Source: a virus
Lineage: Duplodnaviria > Caudoviricetes
Direction: 5' to 3' (one strand)
IMG/VR virus record: IMGVR_UViG_3300042363_000005
Location: 1 to 24,900 of that record
Length of the DNA stretch: 24,900 nt
Under the pieces are notes generated by a model. That model saw nothing but the letters and a program-made list of their open reading frames with translations. It ran no database searches and was not told where the DNA came from. This document shows, piece after piece, positions 15,208-24,790 of the stretch. Every line of letters starts with the position of its first letter. Position 1 is the stretch's first letter. Made by a program: the position numbers and the translations under genes.

Positions 15208-17462
15208 TATAATTCAGCGTTTTTGTTAATCTTATTAATCTTGTTCTGTACGTTGGTGACCTGTGTCTCAGATACTATAGCAGTCACGGTCATAGAGCTC
15301 TCGTTAGATGTGCCTCCTGCACTCATTGTACCTCCAGCATTAGCTGAACCAAACAGCTGTGCCGCCTGTGGTACCTGTTGTGCTACGTTAGTACTGCTAG
15401 CCTCTGAGCTACCACCACCACCACCACCTGATGGGGTACCGCTACCTCCTGATGTAAGTATCTGCTTTGCCTTAGCAATGTTGGTAGCAATCTGAATGAT
15501 ACCACTAGCAAACTGAGCCACACCTGCAAGACCTGCAGTAGGAGCATTCAATGGGTTAGCTTGTGATGCAGCAACTAGAGCAGATATAGCCTTTGCTGTG
15601 TCAATACCTATCTGTATCAATGCCGATGCCTTGTTGAACTTCTCTAGTTTCTTTTGGTCCTTGATAAGCATACCACCTACCTCACTAACTCCTGATACTA
15701 TCTGCTGAGCAAAAGCTAGCTTAGCATCCCTTTCTTTTTGTGCGTTCTCTATCCTCTCAAGTGCATACTTTTTCTCAATAGCTTTCTTATCCTCTTCAAA
15801 CTTAGCAGTGAGCTGTAGCTGTGCAGCTGCATTGTCACCTATGACCTTTCTATCTGCCTCAAGTTTTTCCTCAAGAGATCTAATATCTTTCTCTTGCTGT
15901 GTAGCGTTTAGGTTAAATATTAAATCATCTGCAGCTTTCTTAGCCACTGCTAACTTATCAGCATCTTCTTTTACTTTCTTAGCTGCCTCATCTGCATACT
16001 TCTGGTCAATGGCTGCCTTGTCCTTTCCAAGTTTATCAAGTAGTAGCTTTTCAAGTTCAGCATTCCCATTCGCTATCTCCATCTGCTTGTCAAACTCCTC
16101 AGTAAGTTTCTGCTTGTCATACTCAGCCTGTGACATGGTCAGCTTATTCATGAGTTCAAACTGTGCATCTTCTCTTTTTATCCTTTCCTCATTCTCCTTG
16201 TTAGCAATATCAGCAAGCCTCTTAGCTTCAGCCTGTGCTGCTTTTATCCTAGCTTCACTTTCTTTCTTATGAGTACCTGTTTTCTTTTGCTGTGATTTGT
16301 TTGTTATCTCGTTATCTTTCTCTAGCTTGAGTGCTGTCTTAATTGACTCTTCAGCCTCTTTTTGAAACATCTCAGATATCTTGTTTTGTCTCTTCTCCTC
16401 CTCTTTTATTCTTTTTTTCTGCTTGTTTTCTATTGTATCTCCTAAGTCACCAACTTTCTTATCTATGATGTCATATACTCCACCAAAGACTTCAGTAGCT
16501 ACCCTGTTCTTTTTCATCCATGAAGTCAACTTGTCTGCTGAAGTTGTTTGGTCTTTAGTCTTTGCTGTGATTGCCTTAGCATCTGCCTCTGCTGCTTTCT
16601 TAGCAAACACCTCAGCTCGAGCTCTTGCCATAGTAGCCTGAATGTATGCCTCAGTCTTAGATACATACAATCTTTCAGCTTCAGCTAATGTACTGGCTGC
16701 ACCAAAGGTATCACCTAGCTTAGCGTTGTACGTAGCAAGTGCCTCCTCCTTAGAAATCACTCCTTGCTTAGCCAAGTCAAATGCTGTAGCTACCTCATTA
16801 GTTACTAGCAATACATCAGCAGTACTCTTCTCTACTGCCTCATTGGCTGCAGTGTTAGCCTCTTGCATAGCAACAAATTCCTCAGACTCTGCAGCAGCTA
16901 TACCTAAGCTCGCACCAAATTCCTTAATAGTTTCAATCAATGCATCAAACACAATGCCTGCTGCCTCTGCTGCCTGGTCAAGGTATCCTAGCTTATCCGC
17001 TAACATCACAGTGATGGCAATAACTCCTGCAATGACTGCAGCAATAAGATAGATGGGGTTAGCTAATAGGGTCTGACCTAATGATAAAAATGCTTTACCA
17101 ATTGAGCCTATAGTACTTGTCAATCCTTTGAATGCCTTGCTAATATCATCAGGCTTGATGTTACCCATTGTCTTAGCAAAGACTGCAGCTTTCTGAGATG
17201 CACCCTCAAAGTCTAAGCTCATAAGGTCACCCTTGATAGCACCAAAGCTGTTAGATACTGCCTCAAACTTGGAGCCTGTAGCAAAGACAGCTACCTGTTC
17301 ATTGGCATCTTTTATTTGGTCCTTAAGTTCACCTGCACGCTGTGCAAGTTTGAGCATGCTATCAGAGTCAGTAGCATTAGCTATCTGACCTTGTAGGTCT
17401 CTGAGTTCTGCCTTGATGGCAGCAATGCCACCTATCTTTAATGGTATTTCTACTTCATTCAT
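15207..17462 (-). CDS. Tape measure protein
   Basis: 751 aa, A/K/E-rich and helical; hydrophobic LLANPIYLIAAVIAG segment; Gly-rich C-terminus. Confidence 0.85.
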   Translation of the reverse strand: MNEVEIPLKIGGIAAIKAELRDLQGQIANATDSDSMLKLAQRAGELKDQIKDANEQVAVFATGSKFEAVSNSFGAIKGDLMSLDFEGASQKAAVFAKTMGNIKPDDISKAFKGLTSTIGSIGKAFLSLGQTLLANPIYLIAAVIAGVIAITVMLADKLGYLDQAAEAAGIVFDALIETIKEFGASLGIAAAESEEFVAMQEANTAANEAVEKSTADVLLVTNEVATAFDLAKQGVISKEEALATYNAKLGDTFGAASTLAEAERLYVSKTEAYIQATMARARAEVFAKKAAEADAKAITAKTKDQTTSADKLTSWMKKNRVATEVFGGVYDIIDKKVGDLGDTIENKQKKRIKEEEKRQNKISEMFQKEAEESIKTALKLEKDNEITNKSQQKKTGTHKKESEARIKAAQAEAKRLADIANKENEERIKREDAQFELMNKLTMSQAEYDKQKLTEEFDKQMEIANGNAELEKLLLDKLGKDKAAIDQKYADEAAKKVKEDADKLAVAKKAADDLIFNLNATQQEKDIRSLEEKLEADRKVIGDNAAAQLQLTAKFEEDKKAIEKKYALERIENAQKERDAKLAFAQQIVSGVSEVGGMLIKDQKKLEKFNKASALIQIGIDTAKAISALVAASQANPLNAPTAGLAGVAQFASGIIQIATNIAKAKQILTSGGSGTPSGGGGGGSSEASSTNVAQQVPQAAQLFGSANAGGTMSAGGTSNESSMTVTAIVSETQVTNVQNKINKINKNAEL

Positions 17463-17463
17463 G

Positions 17464-20316
17464 TTATGGCTTGTAATATCTTATTTCAATAGTAGTGTTA
17501 ATTAGGTAGTTATCTACAAAGCCTACCCCTATCTGTGTGGTATATACATCTATAGTATTATTTGTTGGCGTGTACTGAGCACTGATCACCCCGTCAAATG
17601 TTACGTTGTTAATCATTACCGTTAGCTCACTGCCTAGGATAGCACCTAGCTCCCAATTTTGTATGAAACCTAAATACTCTCCTGGGTTATTCCGTACCCA
17701 TAGTATCTCTCCAAAGCTACCCTCTTTTACATCTGCAGTAGGGTCAGCTGTTCCTGTTTGGTTTAACACTGCTGTGTACTTGTAGTACGGAGGGTCAACA
17801 GGTATGCCGTTCATACGGCCCCTCACCACTAAGTTGTCAGTGACTATACCATCATCTTCAACGCTGTAGCCCTCAGTGGCCACCATTACTCTAAGTCCAC
17901 CCGGTACAATGTTACCCCTGTTCACTACCTCACCCGATATACCACCACCATTCAGAACATTGCTGTTCATGCTCTTGGTCTTCACCACAGTGTGGTTGCC
18001 TACCTGCTGAATGGCAGAGATGTTTGGAAGCCCTACACCTGGTGTTGTACCTGCTATACCCCAAGGGTTAACAAATGGCATGAAGTCTACTTCATTGTCA
18101 ATACTGATAAGCTCTACCTGTGTGAGCTGATTGCCATTGGCATTGTAGTCTATGACTCGGTTAATGTTCCACCATGAGTTATCAATTCTAATCTTATCAT
18201 TGAGCTCCAAGGCTTGGATGTCATTCTCTTTCAGATTAAAGAATGCACTCAACATCTTACCGTTGTTTATCTGCCCCATGGTCCTCCTCCAATACCTGTT
18301 GTATAGGTTATTGTCAGTAAGGCTTAAAGGGGAGTAGTAGTAGAATGCACAGGTAGCAAAGTTGATGTCAAAGGTAGGGGTCAACGGATTATCAAAGTGA
18401 CCAACATACGGGTAAGTGGTTACACCTTGCATACCTGTAGTGCCATAGTCATAGATGTGGAATGGAGAGCAGGTGCTCAATCCTATATCCGCTGTGCTGT
18501 CATACAGGATGCGTAGGTTAGTCTTAGGTGCCTGCCCTGCAATCATTGGAACGTATGCACCAAAGGGTGTCTTGATGATTGGAGTAGGTCCAAACAATAT
18601 AGCCTGTGTAGTGATGTCCTTGACATACTCGTTATCAAAGACTACCTCTGCCTGTCCGTATATCTGATTGGTTGCATCCGTATAGGTTTGGTTAGGGCTG
18701 TCCTTATCAGGGCTGTATGTTAGGATAACTTTCTTACTCGTGAGCTCAGGGAGGAATGACAGTGACTGCTCTCTATCCTTGGCTAGCTTCAATGTCCAAT
18801 CTACCTCTTTGCCTGCATCATAGTAGTCATCCCTGTGGATGAGGTTGAGCAGGTTAGGCTGTGACTTGTCTACCTCAGCATATAGGTTGTACATGTTGAA
18901 GATAGCTTTGATGTAGTCACTCTGCTTAATCTTACTAGGCACATAGTCATTCACATCAATGGTTCCACCAATAGCCACAATGTTATTGCTAGGGGTGATG
19001 CTGATGTTAATGCTAGTGATCACTGCCTGTATCTTAATCTGACCTGATGCACACACTGGTCCTGATGCTGAGCCTGTCCTCCACATTGGAGCTGATGCGT
19101 TTGTTACAGGTGTTGCTATCCTTGGAACCTTGATGGCTAGCCTACCTTGAGATAGCTGTGGTAAGTTCTGAGCAGTCAATGCCATGTTAGTCACTACAGT
19201 CTGAGCTAAGATAGTAGTGGTACCATTGGCCAATGTTGTAGGAGTTTGCACCCCATAGGTAACTATTGGGTTACCATTCAATGGTGCAGGGTTCGTGTAT
19301 AGATTAGTAGTGAAACATACCACACCATTCTGAGTCAATACTAGCTGAGGCTGAAAGAATACAGGAGCAGATATACCTGCCATTCCTGCATACAACGTTA
19401 CCCCTGATGTGTTAACTAGCCTTAGCTCATAGCTTATAGTTACACTGTAGTCATACTGCTGAGCATTCGCTGAGCTGATATTGAATGGTGTACTATACAC
19501 ACCTGTCAATGGGTTGTAGATGTTCTGAGGGTCCTCAGTCTCAGTCCATGCTGTTAGTGTCTGAGGGTTCTGAAATTCAGCAGCACCTGCAAAGAATGTA
19601 CCGGTGTAGGTACTTGGTCCTGCTGTTGCCTTGACCGTGTAGTCAGCATAGTCAAAGTTATCAGTATCTTCATTGTATGGAATGATCAACCTGTCAAAGC
19701 GGTCATCAATCAACGTAGGCCAATTGTACTGAAAGCCTGAGTCTGCAAAGATACGGTCTAGGTAAGTCTTAGCAAAGATAGCAGGCTTGAATTCCTGTGT
19801 GCTGTAGAACGCATCACCACTACCTGGGAGGAAGTACTTGAAGCCATCTACCTCAGTGTTGTTAAACCTGTTCACTACATTGAATGCATCGTAGGTATGG
19901 TTGAGGTCACTGAAGTCTATATCGGTAAGCTCAAGGTTATTAATGGCTGTAAAGAAGTCAGCCTTGTTATCCTTGACCAATACCTCATACTCAACGTGCT
20001 CCTCATACCCATCAGTGAGTTGTACTTTCTTAACTGAGGTAAGCTGTAGGCTTGCATCCTCCATGACAGGAATACCATCCTGGATAACTGAACAGGTAGT
20101 CAAGGCATTGACATTGAATGTACCTGCAATGATGTTGACATCATAGTAATGGTTCAGCAGGTCGTTGTTATTCTTACTGCCTACCAATGTGATAGTCTTG
20201 GAGAAGTTACCCTTTCTCTGTGATATATCCCTGATGTCTCCTACCTGAAAGTTCAAGGGGAATGATGTACCCTCCTTTACCTCAAGGTAGCCTGTAGCTA
20301 GTTGTATCTTAACCAT
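17464..20316 (-). CDS. Large tail-tip/hub structural protein
   Basis: 950 aa; N-terminal DIRDISQRKGNFSKTI, and LNDKIRID...INRVIDY motifs typical of siphophage tail-tip proteins. Confidence 0.7.
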   Translation of the reverse strand: MVKIQLATGYLEVKEGTSFPLNFQVGDIRDISQRKGNFSKTITLVGSKNNNDLLNHYYDVNIIAGTFNVNALTTCSVIQDGIPVMEDASLQLTSVKKVQLTDGYEEHVEYEVLVKDNKADFFTAINNLELTDIDFSDLNHTYDAFNVVNRFNNTEVDGFKYFLPGSGDAFYSTQEFKPAIFAKTYLDRIFADSGFQYNWPTLIDDRFDRLIIPYNEDTDNFDYADYTVKATAGPSTYTGTFFAGAAEFQNPQTLTAWTETEDPQNIYNPLTGVYSTPFNISSANAQQYDYSVTISYELRLVNTSGVTLYAGMAGISAPVFFQPQLVLTQNGVVCFTTNLYTNPAPLNGNPIVTYGVQTPTTLANGTTTILAQTVVTNMALTAQNLPQLSQGRLAIKVPRIATPVTNASAPMWRTGSASGPVCASGQIKIQAVITSINISITPSNNIVAIGGTIDVNDYVPSKIKQSDYIKAIFNMYNLYAEVDKSQPNLLNLIHRDDYYDAGKEVDWTLKLAKDREQSLSFLPELTSKKVILTYSPDKDSPNQTYTDATNQIYGQAEVVFDNEYVKDITTQAILFGPTPIIKTPFGAYVPMIAGQAPKTNLRILYDSTADIGLSTCSPFHIYDYGTTGMQGVTTYPYVGHFDNPLTPTFDINFATCAFYYYSPLSLTDNNLYNRYWRRTMGQINNGKMLSAFFNLKENDIQALELNDKIRIDNSWWNINRVIDYNANGNQLTQVELISIDNEVDFMPFVNPWGIAGTTPGVGLPNISAIQQVGNHTVVKTKSMNSNVLNGGGISGEVVNRGNIVPGGLRVMVATEGYSVEDDGIVTDNLVVRGRMNGIPVDPPYYKYTAVLNQTGTADPTADVKEGSFGEILWVRNNPGEYLGFIQNWELGAILGSELTVMINNVTFDGVISAQYTPTNNTIDVYTTQIGVGFVDNYLINTTIEIRYYKP

Positions 20317-21775
20317 TCACCATGTCGTTGTTAGCAAGCTTAATAGTAATGCTCTGCTTAATTAGGTTCTTATTCCGTTGCTTGAATTTCTCAAAGGTAG
20401 AGGTCACAATGTTACAGCTCACATACTCAGTGCTTGCAGGTACATCACAGCTCTCATCATAGTTACTAATCTTGAAGTAGGTGTAAGGTGAACTTACAAG
20501 CTCAGTGAAGTACTGTGCCATCTGCTCATTCATCCAATTGGTATTCAAGTCGATGGTGTTCTCTACACTCACATAGCTGTTGATGTATCCTCTATCTGTG
20601 AGGTCATAGGTCCACTCACTTGAGTCAATGTATCCTGCTACATCTTGATTGTACTGCTCACGTGTCACGTTACCATTCTCATAGTATCTGCCTGTGAATG
20701 CAAAGCTACCCCATGAACCAAAGCGGTCCAGGAATATAATGCTGTACTCTTGGCTTTGTACTCTACGATCTATGTTCACTCGGTAGGGCTGTGTGACCTG
20801 ATTGCCATTGTGCTCATAGTAGAATTCATACCATTGAGTGGTAGGCTTAATCAATGGCAGTGGTCCTGAGATAGGTGTCAGTGTGCCATAGTTGTTAGGA
20901 CCTACTGCGTTCCCTGTTACGTGGTCAGTAGCTGATACGTTCTTTTCAAATATCTCAGCCGCATCATTGGTGAATATAATCTTGTGAGTACCTGGTCCTG
21001 GGCCTCCATAGACTGCGTTCATCCACAAGTCCTGAGACAAGGTAGCATAGAACTCCTGAGCAGGTAGTGTAGTAAGAAACTTATCAGATGGGGCTGTGAG
21101 GTAGTACTCTTGGAATAGGTAGCTAGGCCATTGAGTCCAAGGTATAGCACCATTGAACACATACATGTTTAGCTTAGTAGCTATGTCTCTTGTAATGGTT
21201 CTCCTCCCATCTGCATAGGTGATGTCACCATCCTTGTTGATGTTTACAATCTGAGACCATAGGCTATTAACTACGATGTATGTAGGGGTAGCTACAAGCA
21301 CACTGAACAATCCCTCAAGGTTTGGATTGACTGCACCTAGTCCTGTCTGAGTGATGACTATCTGGTCACCCACTGCAAAGGTGTTAGCTACGTTTATCTG
21401 TACCCTCCCTGCATAGGGTGAAGTGGTGTACTGAGTTAAGGCCGATGTGTATGAGGTAGTGGTTAGGTACTCTTCACCTACCTTGACATCATACTTGTAG
21501 TGACTGTTGGGTGCATCGTACACCGTGGTGTTGAATGGGAATAGGTCAAAGCTTACCTTAGACTGCAAGAGCTTGCTTAGGTCAATCTCACCATAGCCTG
21601 TGCTATACATCGGGAGCACCCTGTACTCTGCTATCTTGTTGGCTGTGCCACTCTCATAGATGTCAAAGATATACTTAAACCCTCCAAGGTTTTTGTTGGT
21701 ACTATCATAGATGTACTTGATAGGATTGTACGCAGGTGTTAATACCTGCGGTATAGCTTGTGATGTGATTGCCAT
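20309..21775 (-). CDS. Tail structural protein (distal-tail-like)
   Basis: 488 aa; PAYNPI, FLDRFGSWGSFAF, LNTNWM...ELVSSP motifs; internal beta insert FAVGDQIVI. Confidence 0.65.
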   Translation of the reverse strand: MAITSQAIPQVLTPAYNPIKYIYDSTNKNLGGFKYIFDIYESGTANKIAEYRVLPMYSTGYGEIDLSKLLQSKVSFDLFPFNTTVYDAPNSHYKYDVKVGEEYLTTTSYTSALTQYTTSPYAGRVQINVANTFAVGDQIVITQTGLGAVNPNLEGLFSVLVATPTYIVVNSLWSQIVNINKDGDITYADGRRTITRDIATKLNMYVFNGAIPWTQWPSYLFQEYYLTAPSDKFLTTLPAQEFYATLSQDLWMNAVYGGPGPGTHKIIFTNDAAEIFEKNVSATDHVTGNAVGPNNYGTLTPISGPLPLIKPTTQWYEFYYEHNGNQVTQPYRVNIDRRVQSQEYSIIFLDRFGSWGSFAFTGRYYENGNVTREQYNQDVAGYIDSSEWTYDLTDRGYINSYVSVENTIDLNTNWMNEQMAQYFTELVSSPYTYFKISNYDESCDVPASTEYVSCNIVTSTFEKFKQRNKNLIKQSITIKLANNDMVNG

Positions 21776-21805
21776 ACCTATATTATTCTAGATAGGCAAA
21801 GTGTT
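21776..21805 (-). promoter_or_regulatory. Putative phage late promoter, copy 4
   Basis: AACA-N16-TAATATAGGT-ATG, filling the terL-to-tail intergenic gap. Confidence 0.75.
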
Positions 21806-21806
21806 T

Positions 21807-22958
21807 CTAAAACGCATAGTAACTATCATCAGTGTAGTACTCCTGCCTAATGTGAGTAGTGGCATACCTAATGGCATCCATTGCATCATCCCACATCTTG
21901 ACAGGTTCGTCAGTGATCATGTCACCTACTTTCTTCCACTTGTAATTTTCATACTCTTTCCTGATAGCCTTATCATCCTGGCATAGCACTCCAAATGTCT
22001 TGATGTTGTCGATACCTTTCTTCACCACCTTGTTTGCGTTCTGCACATCATACCCTGCATTGTTCAGCTCAGCTATTATCTCGGGCCGTGCATAGTCTGC
22101 CACAATGGTCACCGTCTTTTCTACGTTGAATGACTGCATCTTGTCTATGAGCATTGGAGTAGTGAGGTAGCTCTCATATATCACAGGCTCAATGTAGATG
22201 TCATTGTCACACCAATAGACACGCATGAGTGCAGTGGGGTGATTGTAACCAAAGTCCAACCCATAGACATAGTTGACGAACCTAGCAGGGCGGTGTGGAA
22301 TGAATGACCAATTGCTGTAGATGTTACTCTTGCTGATGGCTTTCTCACCCAAGGCATAGATTTGATACAGTGCCTCATCTGTTCTCTTGAGGTCCTCTAT
22401 CTGAGCTCTGATACTCTGAGGTAGGAATGGGTTATCTTTGTAGGTAGATTTGATAAGCACACTCTCCTCAGTTGGTAGCTCATACAGCCATGAGGTGCTT
22501 TCACTTGGGTTGTAGTCAAAAATAAGCTTAGACTCTGTTCTCATGTTCAACTGTGTGAAGTCATCAAAGTATAGCTCATTGGCTTCGTTACACCATGCGA
22601 TGTCTCTTTTCCTACCCCTAATCTTCTGCTCATCATCCACACTAAAGAACTCCACAATGGACCCATTAGGGAACGTGTAGATGTGCTCACTCTTGTTGTG
22701 GTCCTCCACTGAGTAGATGTTCAGCTCCTTGAGTATCTCAATGAAATCTCTGAGCACTGTAGCCCTCAAAGCAGGGAACGTCTTTCTAATGATAGATACT
22801 ACCTTGTTGTTGTTCTGGAGGCAGTAGATGATAACTAACTGACAAAGGCTGTAGGTCTTGGAGCTCCTGCTCCCTCCCTCATTGATGACAAACCTAAGGC
22901 TCGGGTCATTCAGTGCCTCATAGTTTTTCTCAAAGATTACCGTGCTCTTTATTTCCAT
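21807..22958 (-). CDS. terL: Terminase large subunit (PBSX/Terminase_3-like)
   Basis: Walker A GGSRSSKT, Walker B AWCNEANE, FDYNP, STYKDNPFL, nuclease GLDFG and DDAMDAIRYA. Confidence 0.95.
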   Translation of the reverse strand: MEIKSTVIFEKNYEALNDPSLRFVINEGGSRSSKTYSLCQLVIIYCLQNNNKVVSIIRKTFPALRATVLRDFIEILKELNIYSVEDHNKSEHIYTFPNGSIVEFFSVDDEQKIRGRKRDIAWCNEANELYFDDFTQLNMRTESKLIFDYNPSESTSWLYELPTEESVLIKSTYKDNPFLPQSIRAQIEDLKRTDEALYQIYALGEKAISKSNIYSNWSFIPHRPARFVNYVYGLDFGYNHPTALMRVYWCDNDIYIEPVIYESYLTTPMLIDKMQSFNVEKTVTIVADYARPEIIAELNNAGYDVQNANKVVKKGIDNIKTFGVLCQDDKAIRKEYENYKWKKVGDMITDEPVKMWDDAMDAIRYATTHIRQEYYTDDSYYAF

Positions 22959-23100
22959 TCATTGCTATTTGGTAGGCATTCATTAGCATTGCCATCTGCC
23001 TGCCATCGGTAGCTACTGCCTGTCTATCTATCCTTACCTGGACTCCCTTAAGTCGGTAGATGTAATCCTCCACCACAGCACACATGAAGTCAATCTGCAT
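22930..23100 (-). CDS. Small hypothetical protein (56 aa, MQIDFMCAVVEDYIYRLKGVQVRI...) between terS and terL
   Basis: Hand-translated; overlaps the terS stop and the terL start. Confidence 0.65.
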   Translation of the reverse strand: MQIDFMCAVVEDYIYRLKGVQVRIDRQAVATDGRQMAMLMNAYQIAMNGNKEHGNL

Positions 23101-23512
23101 CCGGTCTTACTATGGTCACCTTGATGCTGTCTATCTTCTCTCCCTTGGTTGTGGTGTCCACTCTCTCAGTTAGGTTGTTCAGTCGCTGAGTAATGGATGC
23201 ATTGTACTGCCCTGTCATCCCTCCCTCGATTTGGTCCATGCGGATTGCCTCCTCTATGCGTGAGCAGATTGTCGTATACGCTGAATATCTCCCCTCGTAG
23301 TTTGCAAAATAATCCTGGACACTCTGCCCTTTATCTGCTGCAAAAGTCCTGAAGCCCACTTGAGTAAGCGGTCTCTCTAATGGAACTGCTGTAGCTTCAC
23401 CTGTCTTAGTAGATAGGGAATAGGAGTACCTAGGGTTCTCCTTGCACCATCTCTTGTAGGCCTCAAATAGATCCCACATTGCTTCAGGGGTCTCGATGTG
23501 TTTAGGCCTCAT
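23090..23512 (-). CDS. terS: Terminase small subunit (P22 gp3-like)
   Basis: RPKHIETPEAMWDLFEAY, RPLTQVGF, GQYNASITQRLNNL motifs; upstream of terL. Confidence 0.85.
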   Translation of the reverse strand: MRPKHIETPEAMWDLFEAYKRWCKENPRYSYSLSTKTGEATAVPLERPLTQVGFRTFAADKGQSVQDYFANYEGRYSAYTTICSRIEEAIRMDQIEGGMTGQYNASITQRLNNLTERVDTTTKGEKIDSIKVTIVRPDAD

Positions 23513-23705
23513 TAGACTCGTTTTCTACTGCTTTGTACTTCTTGCTCTTAGGCTCAGCCTCTTCAAAGAGATAGCCTAACCCTACCGATGTAAGGTGCTC
23601 TGCCTGTTCAGCTGTTTCCTCTGTTACTGTGAATGAGGTCTCAAACCCCAACGGACTGTACCTGGTCACATACTGACCTAGATACTCATTTTTAACTTTC
23701 TTCAT
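23502..23705 (-). CDS. Hypothetical protein (67 aa, start MKKVKNEYLG)
   Basis: Start reassigned from 23768 to 23705 because the upstream part overlaps a better-supported ORF. Confidence 0.65.
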   Translation of the reverse strand: MKKVKNEYLGQYVTRYSPLGFETSFTVTEETAEQAEHLTSVGLGYLFEEAEPKSKKYKAVENESNEA

Positions 23706-23853
23706 ATTCTTGTGTAAATAGCCATGCGTAATAAAGTATGACCCAAATCCCAAAGGCCCTGCTTCCATAAAAGTAGTTATCTCTTATTAGGAATGCTGCA
23801 CCGGTCAAGGCAGTGAATGTAGCCAAGATACTAATTATTTGAGATAGTCTCAT
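23692..23853 (-). CDS. Small two-TM membrane protein (53 aa, MRLSQIISILATFTALTGAAFLI...)
   Basis: Hand-translated; its ATG directly follows late promoter copy 5. Confidence 0.65.
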   Translation of the reverse strand: MRLSQIISILATFTALTGAAFLIRDNYFYGSRAFGIWVILYYAWLFTQEYEES

Positions 23854-24376
23854 ACCTATATTGTAGTTTGCGTAAATTTTGTTTAATTTCTTTAATCAGG
23901 TAATGAGCTGAGGTAACAGGAATATCAAAGTACTTAGCCATTGCTCGAGCTGTGGTGTATCCCTTGTCAATGTATGCCTCAAATACTATCCTGTGCACAT
24001 GGTCATCTATCTGACTGCGGTATATCTCAATCATCCCCTTGTGAGTGCTGTATATCTTATCCTCCAATATCTTAGCCTGCAGGTCCTGTTCATCATCTAC
24101 CTCATCATTGCCATTGTACTCCATGGAGGTAACACGATCATCCTTGTGGCTCAGTGACGTGTTCCATAGTATCTGATATTTGATGGTGTTCAGCAGGTAA
24201 CTCTTCACCTGGTCCTCGGTCTCAGCATCCTCATTGATGGTTAGCACATGGAGGTATGAGTTATTGATAACTGTATCCGCCTCGATATTGCTCCCCATCT
24301 TAGAGAGAAAGTACAGTGTGTAAGCCCTGACCTCATCGAAGTGGTTAGTGATGTACCTGTCTAAGACTTTTTTCAT
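23831..24376 (-). CDS. ECF-like RNA polymerase sigma factor (regions 2 and 4)
   Basis: 181 aa; EADTVINNSYL...VKSYLLNTIKYQI resembles region 2; C-terminal HTH TARAMAKYFDIPVTSAHYLIKEIKQNL resembles region 4. Confidence 0.7.
   Translation of the reverse strand: MKKVLDRYITNHFDEVRAYTLYFLSKMGSNIEADTVINNSYLHVLTINEDAETEDQVKSYLLNTIKYQILWNTSLSHKDDRVTSMEYNGNDEVDDEQDLQAKILEDKIYSTHKGMIEIYRSQIDDHVHRIVFEAYIDKGYTTARAMAKYFDIPVTSAHYLIKEIKQNLRKLQYRYETISNN
23854..23883 (-). promoter_or_regulatory. Putative phage late promoter, copy 5, inside the 3' end of the sigma gene
   Basis: AACA-N16-CAATATAGGT-ATG. Confidence 0.7.
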
Positions 24377-24563
24377 ACCAATTCATAAAGTCCTTATACC
24401 ACACTTTCCTCCTCACAGATGCACAGAAACACTCCCTTGGCTGTGGTCCATCGTATTTGACCCTTATCTTGTAGAGCTGAACGCATGAGTGCTTAGAATA
24501 CTTTACAGCATCTGCAGTACTATCTATCGAGTCAATGAGCTCTATGTCAGTTTGTTCAAACAT
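24345..24563 (-). CDS. Small protein with CxC motif (72 aa)
   Basis: PRECFCASVRRKVW; overlaps both neighbours. Confidence 0.7.
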   Translation of the reverse strand: MFEQTDIELIDSIDSTADAVKYSKHSCVQLYKIRVKYDGPQPRECFCASVRRKVWYKDFMNWYEKSLRQVHH

Positions 24564-24790
24564 AATTCAAGTAAATAGGCACCCAGTGCTGCCTGACATG
24601 CCAGGATAAAGTCCTGATGCCATGCCAATGTAAGCCAAAAGGCCACACACTTACTGCAACTCAATGCATCTAGTAATGGTATGGCCCATGTGCCTGGTCT
24701 TAAAGACATGTATACCCATGTCAAGGTTGCTTGCAGTGGTTCAAAATTGCACCACCACCATGCCAAAGGTATCAATGTTAGGAGTTCCAT
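24542..24790 (-). CDS. Membrane protein with CxxCxxxW motif (DUF1360-like)
   Basis: Hydrophobic; LSCSKCVAFW. Confidence 0.65.
   Translation of the reverse strand: MELLTLIPLAWWWCNFEPLQATLTWVYMSLRPGTWAIPLLDALSCSKCVAFWLTLAWHQDFILACQAALGAYLLELCLNKLT

Noticed and set aside
15223-20146. Plus-strand ORFs opposite the tape measure and tail-tip genes
   Set aside because: Low-complexity antisense shadows of strongly supported minus-strand genes.
23706-23768. Track start at 23768 for the 88-aa ORF
   Set aside because: It overlaps the promoter-supported 53-aa membrane ORF; MKKVK at 23705 is more plausible.
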